From Thermodesulfovibrionales bacterium (lineage in GTDB: Bacteria; Nitrospirota; Thermodesulfovibrionia; Thermodesulfovibrionales; UBA6898): a stretch of DNA of 64,000 nucleotides. The stretch is taken from positions 1-64,000 of the forward strand of contig JBIOIY010000004.1 in assembly GCA_044450345.1 (NCBI GenBank), in the 5' to 3' direction. The position numbers were made by a program, and so were the translations under genes. The notes beneath the pieces are model-generated. The model made no database searches. It worked only from the letters and a program-made list of their open reading frames with translations, and was not told the origin of the DNA. Of this stretch, positions 56,918-64,000 are shown in pieces. Within the stretch, counting starts at the first letter, position 1. Each line of letters opens with the position of its first letter.

Positions 56918-58096
56918 TTAAGGGTCTACCAGCATCGTAGAACCCGATATCGTTCCCAATGTCGCGGTGATTATGGTCGAGCCCTGCTTATGGTCGGCGG
57001 TGGCCAGACCCTTTGTTCCCGGCGCATTGCTTATGGTTGCGATCGAAGTGTCGGCGGAGCTCCAGGTCACAACTGTAGTAATATCCGCGCTGCTGCCGTC
57101 TGAATATAGCCCGGTAGCCGTGAACTGAACAGTGGCGCCGAAGTGAACCATCGGATTGACAGGGGTGACCTTTATCGATACGAGAGTGACGGCGGTAACC
57201 GTCATCGCTGTCTGACCGGTGATATTTCCGAACGTCGCTGTTATCGGGGTCGTACCTGCAGAAAGCGATGTCGCCAAGCCCCTGGACCCAGCTGCATTAC
57301 TGATCGAAGCTATGGCCGGGGCTGAGGAACTCCATGATACCACAGAAGTCAGGTCCTGAGTAGAGTTGTCCGAAAAAGTACCGGTTGCCTTGAATTGCTG
57401 GGTCATGCCTTTTACCACAGTCGGGTTTTTAGGAGTGACATCCAGCGAGACCAGCGAGGCGCCGGTAACCGTAAAAGAGGTGGAGCCGAAGATATCGCCG
57501 AACGTCGCTGTTATCGAGGTCGTACCCGCAGAAAGTGCCTGCGCCAACCCTTTAGAGGCTGCGTTATTGCCTATCGTTGCGACCGCTTGGTCCGAGGAAC
57601 TCCACGTTACCAGGGACGTCATGTCCTGAGTGGAGTCGTCCGTAAACGTACCGGTGGCCTTGAACGGCTGCGAGCCGCCGACCGCCGAGGTCGGGTTTGC
57701 AGGGGTGACCTCTATAGAGACCAGGGTAGCAGCGGTGACCGTAAGCGAGGTGGAACCCGAGACACTGCCAGAGGTTGCTGTTACTTTTGTGGTGCCTGCT
57801 GAAAGCGAGTGCGCCAATCCCTTTGTAGCAGCCTCATTGCTTATGGACGCTATTGCCTCGTCCGACAGACTCCACGTTACGGATTCAGTCATGTCCTGGG
57901 TCGTATTGTCCGAAAAGACGCCGGTGGCCTTAAACTGCTGGGCTGTCCCCAGCGCGATACTTGGGTCCACAGGACTCACCTCCAGAGACATAAGGACAGG
58001 AGGGCTGGGAGGGTTGTCTCCGCCCCCGCAGCCGCAGCCTGTCAGAAAAGCCGAAAGCAGTAGTGCAAAAAAGAGTAAGACGGCAGGTTTTTTCAT
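56918..58096 (-). CDS. Lipoprotein with four tandem Ig-like (Big_2) repeats
   Basis: Lipobox LTGC; four approx. 90-aa repeats L.S..V.P....G..Q.F.ATG.F.D....D.T..V.WS. Confidence 0.88.
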   Translation of the reverse strand: MKKPAVLLFFALLLSAFLTGCGCGGGDNPPSPPVLMSLEVSPVDPSIALGTAQQFKATGVFSDNTTQDMTESVTWSLSDEAIASISNEAATKGLAHSLSAGTTKVTATSGSVSGSTSLTVTAATLVSIEVTPANPTSAVGGSQPFKATGTFTDDSTQDMTSLVTWSSSDQAVATIGNNAASKGLAQALSAGTTSITATFGDIFGSTSFTVTGASLVSLDVTPKNPTVVKGMTQQFKATGTFSDNSTQDLTSVVSWSSSAPAIASISNAAGSRGLATSLSAGTTPITATFGNITGQTAMTVTAVTLVSIKVTPVNPMVHFGATVQFTATGLYSDGSSADITTVVTWSSADTSIATISNAPGTKGLATADHKQGSTIITATLGTISGSTMLVDP

Positions 58097-58306
58097 TTTG
58101 TCTCCCTTTCCATTTATTTTTGTAGTATCAAAAATGACAGAAACGCAGCAGAAAAATGCCGCGTCCGGATGAAAAAGATCCGATTCAGACTAAAGCATAT
58201 GAGAAATTATGTCAACCCAATTATGAGAGGACGTATCCCTTCAGCCGTGGGTCAATTTTTTGGCATAGAGCTACCCGAATTGGGGTCACGAGGAGACGGC
58301 GGGACG

Positions 58307-58335
58307 TTGACAGAGAATCACATTGTCCTTATTAT
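58307..58335 (+). promoter_or_regulatory. Sigma70 promoter of the second ompA-like gene
   Basis: TTGACA-N17-TATTAT. Confidence 0.6.
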
Positions 58336-58361
58336 AATTGAAAATTTATGAGGGGGGGCAA

Positions 58362-59354
58362 ATGAAAAAATTCTTGCCTGGCTTTTTAATAACATTATTT
58401 CTGATTGCGTCGGCTGGTATCTCGTGGGCGGAAATAAGGGAGGGCAGCTTCGAAATCAATCCCTTTATGGGGTATTGTACGGGCGCCACGTCGCGGACCC
58501 TTTGTCATAGGGACTTCTTCGGCATTCGCGCGGGTTACGCGGTCACAAAGAACTGGGAAATAGAAGGAGCCTTTGATTTTGTCGATTCCGCAGCCGAAAT
58601 GTTTCATGCGGACGTGCTCTACAATTTCATGCCTGAAAAGAAATCTTTTCATCCTTTCCTCGTTGCGGGTCTGGGCGAGGCCCATGTGCGCCCGAGATTT
58701 AGTGAGTCCTATACGACCTTGATGGCTGACGTCGGGGCCGGCTTTAAATATTTTTTAAATGAGACCGTGGCGGTAAGGTCCGATTTCAGGGACGTTATAA
58801 CGCATTCCCATAACGCCGTCCTCACGGCAGGGCTTACCTTCGCGTTCGGGGGAAAGACACCAAAATCCGCAGTAGTGGCCCCGGCGCCGATCCCGGCCCC
58901 GACAACCGAAACCAAACCTGAACCGGCGCCTTCGCCTGCTCCCGCGCCCTCTCCAAAGCGCGAGCCTGCGGTCCCCGCTACCCCCTCGCCCGAGCCTCTT
59001 AGGATAATCCTGGAAGACGTGCATTTTGAGAATAACAAGGCGGCACTGACGCCTCTGGCAAAGGAGATCCTCGCGAAGAACATACAGCTTCTGAAAGAGA
59101 ACCCCGGGGTCAAGGTCGAAATCCAGGGGCACACCTCGGCGATCGGCAGCGCATTGTACAACATGAAACTCAGCTGGAAAAGGGCGGATATGGTGAAAGG
59201 CTATCTTGTGAAAGAGGGCATCTCCCCTGACAGAATGACGACAGTGGGATATGGAAAAACGCGGCTTGAGGTCCCGGAGTTGAACCCCAGGAAGAAGGAG
59301 TCGGAAGCTGCAAAGATAAACAGACGCGTACATTTTCAAATTATCGAAAAATAG
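58362..59354 (+). CDS. OmpA-family outer membrane protein, paralogue of 55868-56830
   Basis: AEI.EGSFE.NP, AG.TF.FGGKTPK, IILED.HF shared with the first copy; start at ATG 58362. Confidence 0.9.
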   Translation: MKKFLPGFLITLFLIASAGISWAEIREGSFEINPFMGYCTGATSRTLCHRDFFGIRAGYAVTKNWEIEGAFDFVDSAAEMFHADVLYNFMPEKKSFHPFLVAGLGEAHVRPRFSESYTTLMADVGAGFKYFLNETVAVRSDFRDVITHSHNAVLTAGLTFAFGGKTPKSAVVAPAPIPAPTTETKPEPAPSPAPAPSPKREPAVPATPSPEPLRIILEDVHFENNKAALTPLAKEILAKNIQLLKENPGVKVEIQGHTSAIGSALYNMKLSWKRADMVKGYLVKEGISPDRMTTVGYGKTRLEVPELNPRKKESEAAKINRRVHFQIIEK

Positions 59355-59375
59355 TTTATAATTTAGTGAATGAAT

Positions 59376-59412
59376 CGAAAGCCCCCGGCGGAGATCAATC
59401 CGGGGGCTTTCG
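59376..59412 (+). terminator. Stem-loop, probable terminator
   Basis: cgaaagcccccgg / ccgggggctttcg 13-bp stem. Confidence 0.7.
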
Positions 59413-59432
59413 CTATTCTGCGCTTTTGGATT

Positions 59433-61223
59433 ATGAGAAAACGTGCTTCCCTAATTGATGCATTGAAGTCCATCGCTCTACTGTCTGCGGTTATTGTTCT
59501 TTTTTCATGCGCCGCGGAGAGGGAACTTGTAATGCCTCCTCCTGTTCCCCCCCGGGCGACTCAGCCCCGGATGGCGGTACCGGAGCCTGCAGCGCCTGCG
59601 CCTAAGATGAAGACTTCCTTGCAATGCAGGGAGGACACAAAAAGAGTCTTTAATCGTTGCGGCATCGAGGCCCTTCCTTTCCTCAGGGCGACTTTCTACG
59701 ATATGGACGGCGACGGGGAAGAGGAGATGATAGTCGGCGGCAAGGAGGGGCACCTCAGGCTTTTTAAGAATTACGGCACTGAGACGGGTCCGGACTGGAG
59801 GGAAGTGGAAAATTATTTCAAAGGCATATCTGCCGGCGCCTTTTCTTCGCCCGCAGTCGGCGACATAGATAATGACGGAAAGCCGGAGGTGATAGTCGGG
59901 ACCGGCGGTTTTTCCTCGGACTCAGGCAGGGTCCTTATCTTCAGAAATATGGGGTCCCTCGCCGAGCCTGAATGGAAAAGGGTCGACGCGCCGGAGATAA
60001 GGGTAGGTAATGATGCGGCCCCGACCCTTCTCGACACAGATAATAACGGCCGGCCGGACATTGTCGTTGGCAATTCCGAGGGCAAACTCATTCTCTTCAG
60101 GAACGGTTCAAAAAACGGAAGGATAGTATTCACAAAAGATCGAAGTTTTTTTGGCGGGGTGCGTCTGGGGATGTATGCGGTGCCTGCAGCCGCCAGGTGG
60201 GGAGGCAAAGCCGTTATTATTGCAGGCAACGATATGGGGAAACTGTATCTCCTAGAAAAGACGAATGGAAAGAACGGCGTCTGGACACGGACCCTTCTGA
60301 AGATATCGACTCCCGGCTTTGCCTCGCCCGCTCTGATAAGGACGCAGGACGGGAAGGGCCACAACCTCATGGTCTCGGATGGTGACGGACAGATTTATTA
60401 TTACAAGAACAAAAGGGGCAACTACCGGGAATGGGAGACATCTTCCGGGCCCTTTGCCGGCCGGCTGTTTCCAGGCCCGGCATGCGCCCCGACAGTGGCG
60501 AATAACGGCATCGGAAGGGTCATCACGATAGGAAATATCCATGGTGAAATAAAGCTGTTTGTCCAGGACGCCTCGGGGGCGGAACTGCCGGTCGAAAGAC
60601 GTGACTTTTTCAGGGGCGTCAAGCTTTCCGGCTTTTCGAAGGGGGTTTTTGCCGAGTGGCAGGGACGCACGCTCCTTATCACAGGGCAGCAAGATGGCGC
60701 GGTCAGGGCATTTCTGAATTCGGGAAGTATCGATAGACCTGCGTGGGTCGAGCTAAAGGATTTCTTCAGGGGAATTCCGAAGATGATGCATGCTTCTCCG
60801 GCGGTATTCGATCTGGAGGGCGACGGGAAATGGGAACTGATCGTTGGTGATGTGAAGGGGCATGTCCGAGGCTTCCGCTATGAATCAGGGCCTGACGGGA
60901 TGCCGCAATGGGAGGAGATGAAGGGGATCTTTGATGAGGTGAAAGTCGGGGGCTATGCGGCCCCGTCGCTTTTCAGGGAGGGAGACAGGCTCTCTCTTCT
61001 TGTGGGCGAGCAGGATGGAAGGATACGCGTATTTGAGGCCGATACCGGCGGCAATATGCTTGCCGTGTTCCATAAGGACGGTTTTCTCGGGGACATCCGC
61101 GTAAAAAAACACAGCTCTCCTTCGGCCATATCAAGGGAAGGCCTCGTAGAGATAGCTGTCGGAGATTATGACGGCAACCTCAAGCACTATTCATGCAATA
61201 TGGTCTCAGTCGAGGTGAAGTAG
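59433..61223 (+). CDS. FG-GAP/VCBS repeat lipoprotein (beta-propeller)
   Basis: Lipobox LFSC; repeated DxDxDG...E..VG...G....F.N.G....P.W units. Confidence 0.8.
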   Translation: MRKRASLIDALKSIALLSAVIVLFSCAAERELVMPPPVPPRATQPRMAVPEPAAPAPKMKTSLQCREDTKRVFNRCGIEALPFLRATFYDMDGDGEEEMIVGGKEGHLRLFKNYGTETGPDWREVENYFKGISAGAFSSPAVGDIDNDGKPEVIVGTGGFSSDSGRVLIFRNMGSLAEPEWKRVDAPEIRVGNDAAPTLLDTDNNGRPDIVVGNSEGKLILFRNGSKNGRIVFTKDRSFFGGVRLGMYAVPAAARWGGKAVIIAGNDMGKLYLLEKTNGKNGVWTRTLLKISTPGFASPALIRTQDGKGHNLMVSDGDGQIYYYKNKRGNYREWETSSGPFAGRLFPGPACAPTVANNGIGRVITIGNIHGEIKLFVQDASGAELPVERRDFFRGVKLSGFSKGVFAEWQGRTLLITGQQDGAVRAFLNSGSIDRPAWVELKDFFRGIPKMMHASPAVFDLEGDGKWELIVGDVKGHVRGFRYESGPDGMPQWEEMKGIFDEVKVGGYAAPSLFREGDRLSLLVGEQDGRIRVFEADTGGNMLAVFHKDGFLGDIRVKKHSSPSAISREGLVEIAVGDYDGNLKHYSCNMVSVEVK

Positions 61224-61256
61224 ACTTAATCCACCCTCTGTGTCCCCCCTTCGGAA

Positions 61257-61371
61257 ATCATAACTCCCCTTGACCCCCTCTTATCTTTTCACCTCAGCGA
61301 ATCCGCCTGAGTGCGGAAAGAGGGGGAGAGGCGCCCTGCCTGCCGGCAGGCAGGGCGCCTGGGGGCGTTAT
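61257..61371. repeat. Intergenic palindromic repeat element, copy 2, with nested insertions
   Basis: Same ends as 52027-52086; contains a perfect 32-bp palindrome at 61329-61360. Confidence 0.7.
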
Positions 61372-61453
61372 CTTCCGCTTTGCCGCAACGTTCTTCATCA
61401 GTGATATAATTATATATATTCTTAACTCTTGTATTATTAAATAGGGTGTGAAA

Positions 61454-61717
61454 GTGGAAAAAGATACTGAAATCATTCTCTATACGGCTCCTAACTGAAC
61501 CGACTGTCATGCACTGAAAGATTTTCTTTCGGCCAGAGGGGTTAAGTTCACCCACAAGGATGTCGGTACGGACAAATCCGCCCGGGAAGAGCTTATCGAA
61601 AGGCACGGCAGGATGGCCACCCCGACGCTCGTGATCGGCGACCGGGTTTTTTTGGGTTTCAGGCAGAACAGGCAAGAGATCGAAAAGATGGTAGACGAGA
61701 TCTTGAAAGGAAAATGA
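61454..61717 (+). CDS. Glutaredoxin-like (NrdH/YruB-type) probable selenoprotein, UxxC motif
   Basis: Manual translation [15 protein letters not shown](TGA 61496)[10 protein letters not shown]...DV......EL......ATPTLVIGD....GF; in-frame TGA at the first Cys position of CxxC. Confidence 0.78.
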
Positions 61718-64000
61718 TGAGTGAAAAGTCGAAAACATTGGGCAGGATAGACCTTCCGGTCACCGGCATGTCCTGTGCCTCCTGTGCTGCCCATATCCAG
61801 GAAGGCCTTTCGGCGCTCGACGGCGTTCAGACCGCGTCGGTAAATTTTGCCGCTGAAAAGGCAACGGTCGTCTATGATAAATCAAAAGTAACGATGGACA
61901 GTTTCGTCAATATAGTGAAGGACCTCGGCTATGGCGTTTCGATATCTAAGATAACGCTTCCTATCAAAGGCATGTCCTGCGCATCCTGCGTGGAGGCCGT
62001 GCAGAGGACATTGAATTCTCTCGATGGAGTGGTTTCGGCATCGGTAAATTTCGCGACTGAGCAGGCGACGATCGAATACTTTCCCTCGCAGGTCGGGATA
62101 AGGGATTTCAAGAAGGCGATCAAGGACGCAGGGTACGACATCGTCGAGCCCGAGAAAGGCGAGGATGTCGTCGAAAAGGAGCAGAGGGAAAGAGAGGCCG
62201 CATACCGGGCTTTAAGGACAAAAGTGATCACCGGAGGGATCCTCACGGTCCCTTTACTGGTCCTCATGCAGTGGGACCATATCGGACTTTCGCGTCTGGT
62301 ACCATTGTCTCATCAGGCGAATTTTCTCCTTCAATTCATCATCGAAACCCCGATACAGTTCTGGATAGGATGGCGGTTCTATACCGGCGCCTTTTCCGCC
62401 GCCCGCCACAGGACGACGAATATGAATACTCTTATTGCGGTCGGCACTTCTTCCGCCTATATCTACAGCGTTATCGCGACTTTCTTCCCTTCTGTGTTTG
62501 ATATAAAGGGCTATTCGGCAGGGGTGTATTACGACACGGCCGCTACGATAGTCGTCCTCATCCTTTTGGGCAGGCTCTTTGAGGCGAGGGCAAAGGGACA
62601 GACCTCGGAGGCGATCAAGAAGTTGATGGGCCTCCAGCCGAAAACCGCGAGGGTCGTTAGAGACGGAGGGGAGGTCGATATCCCGATTGAAGAGGTCGAG
62701 ATCGGAGATATTGTGGTAGTGAGACCCGGCGAAAAGGTCCCTGTGGACGGGGTGATCAAGGAAGGGTATTCTTCCTTGGATGAGTCGATGGTGACAGGCG
62801 AGTCGATGCCCGTCGAAAAGGGGGCTGGAGACAGCGTCATCGGCGCCACGATAAACAAGACCGGGACCTTCAGGTTCGAGGCGACAAAAGTCGGACGCGA
62901 CACTATGCTCTCCCATATCATCGAGATGGTCCAGACCGCCCAGGGATCGAAACCTCCTATTGCGCGCCTTGCAGATCTGATAGCCTCGTACTTTGTGCCC
63001 GCGGTCATGGCCGCCGCCGCGCTCACCTTCGTTGCATGGTACTTCTTCGGACCCGAGCCTTCTTTCACCTATGCGATGCTCAATTTTATCGCGGTCCTCA
63101 TTATAGCCTGTCCCTGTGCGCTGGGCCTTGCGACCCCGACCTCCATCATGGTGGGGACCGGGAAGGGGGCGGAAAACGGCGTTCTGATCAGAAGCGGCGA
63201 GGCGCTCGAAACCGCCCATAAGATCACCACCGTTGTATTCGACAAGACAGGCACCCTCACAAAGGGTGAACCTGAAGTCACCGACATCGTCGAGGCCGGA
63301 CTGGGCCATAGCGATATCCTCCACTATGCGGCATCGGCCGAAAAAGGATCTGAGCATCCACTTGGAGAGGCCATCATAAATAAGGCGAGGGCAAATAATA
63401 TAGAGGTCAGGGAGCCTGAGGGATTCCAGGCTGTGCCGGGCCATGGCATAAGGGCGACTGTAGACGGAAAGGCCGTCCTTCTCGGCAACGAGAGGTTCAT
63501 GGAAGAGGAAAATATCGATATCGCCGGCCTTAAACATAAAGCGGCCGGTCTTTCGGAAGAGGGAAAGACGCCGATGTATGTCGCTGTAGACCTCAAGGCT
63601 GCAGGCATCGTGGCGGTTGCAGATTCTCTAAAGGACGATTCCATTGATGCGGTGAAGTCGCTCCACACTCTCGGCGTAGAGGTCGTGATGATGACCGGCG
63701 ACAACAGGCGCACAGGCGAGGCGATCGCGCGTCAGGCCGGCATCGACAGGGTGCTCGCGGAGGTCCTTCCCGAAGGCAAGGCAGGCGAGGTGAAGCAGCT
63801 CCAGTCCGAGTCGAAGGTGGTGGCCATGGTAGGGGACGGCATAAACGATGCCCCTGCCCTGGCGCAGGCGGATGTGGGCATTGCGATAGGCACGGGGACA
63901 GACGTTGCCATGGAGGCCGCGGACATCACCCTGATCGGCGGCAAACTCAAAGGGGTAGTTACGGCAATCTCTCTCTCGAAGGCCACCATGAGGAACATCA
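61714..64000 (+). CDS. copA: Copper-translocating P1B-type ATPase (3' end beyond window)
   Basis: Two GMSCASC HMA domains, [36 protein letters not shown]; not in the ORF track because no stop lies in the window. Confidence 0.92.
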   Translation, partial: MMSEKSKTLGRIDLPVTGMSCASCAAHIQEGLSALDGVQTASVNFAAEKATVVYDKSKVTMDSFVNIVKDLGYGVSISKITLPIKGMSCASCVEAVQRTLNSLDGVVSASVNFATEQATIEYFPSQVGIRDFKKAIKDAGYDIVEPEKGEDVVEKEQREREAAYRALRTKVITGGILTVPLLVLMQWDHIGLSRLVPLSHQANFLLQFIIETPIQFWIGWRFYTGAFSAARHRTTNMNTLIAVGTSSAYIYSVIATFFPSVFDIKGYSAGVYYDTAATIVVLILLGRLFEARAKGQTSEAIKKLMGLQPKTARVVRDGGEVDIPIEEVEIGDIVVVRPGEKVPVDGVIKEGYSSLDESMVTGESMPVEKGAGDSVIGATINKTGTFRFEATKVGRDTMLSHIIEMVQTAQGSKPPIARLADLIASYFVPAVMAAAALTFVAWYFFGPEPSFTYAMLNFIAVLIIACPCALGLATPTSIMVGTGKGAENGVLIRSGEALETAHKITTVVFDKTGTLTKGEPEVTDIVEAGLGHSDILHYAASAEKGSEHPLGEAIINKARANNIEVREPEGFQAVPGHGIRATVDGKAVLLGNERFMEEENIDIAGLKHKAAGLSEEGKTPMYVAVDLKAAGIVAVADSLKDDSIDAVKSLHTLGVEVVMMTGDNRRTGEAIARQAGIDRVLAEVLPEGKAGEVKQLQSESKVVAMVGDGINDAPALAQADVGIAIGTGTDVAMEAADITLIGGKLKGVVTAISLSKATMRNI

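Noticed and set aside
61929..63998. Minus-strand ORFs such as 62254-63537
   Set aside because: They are antisense shadows of the copA frame, which carries all P1B-ATPase motifs

Overview
Bacterial chromosomal window, probably from a diderm anaerobe; Nitrospirota/Desulfobacterota-like gene style is an inference, not proven. It opens with the 3' end of an rRNA operon (23S end, 5S, terminator). About 3-50 kb is a large, mostly minus-strand surface-glycan region: WbaP, Wzm/Wzt, many GT2/GT4/GT8 enzymes, several methyltransferases, two sulfotransferase-like domains, an MBOAT/AlgJ-like acetylation pair and a radical SAM enzyme. Two non-glycan modules interrupt it. (1) A secreted giant multicopper oxidase with FN3 domains, followed by an FN3 protein, an FKBP and a secreted S74-chaperone fibre protein. 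(2) A compact three-gene operon: membrane-anchored peptidoglycan amidase, MamK-family actin, and a pseudo-receiver/TM/SPOR protein, with no other magnetosome genes in the window. The second module is the best candidate for an undescribed system, an actin-guided peptidoglycan-remodelling unit that parallels FtsA-FtsN-amidase. The right end holds hisAF, an M48 protease, an FKBP, rlmN, a TPR lipoprotein, two OmpA paralogues, Ig-repeat and FG-GAP lipoproteins, and a probable UxxC selenoprotein glutaredoxin (absent from the ORF track) overlapping a CopA-type ATPase that runs off the window.
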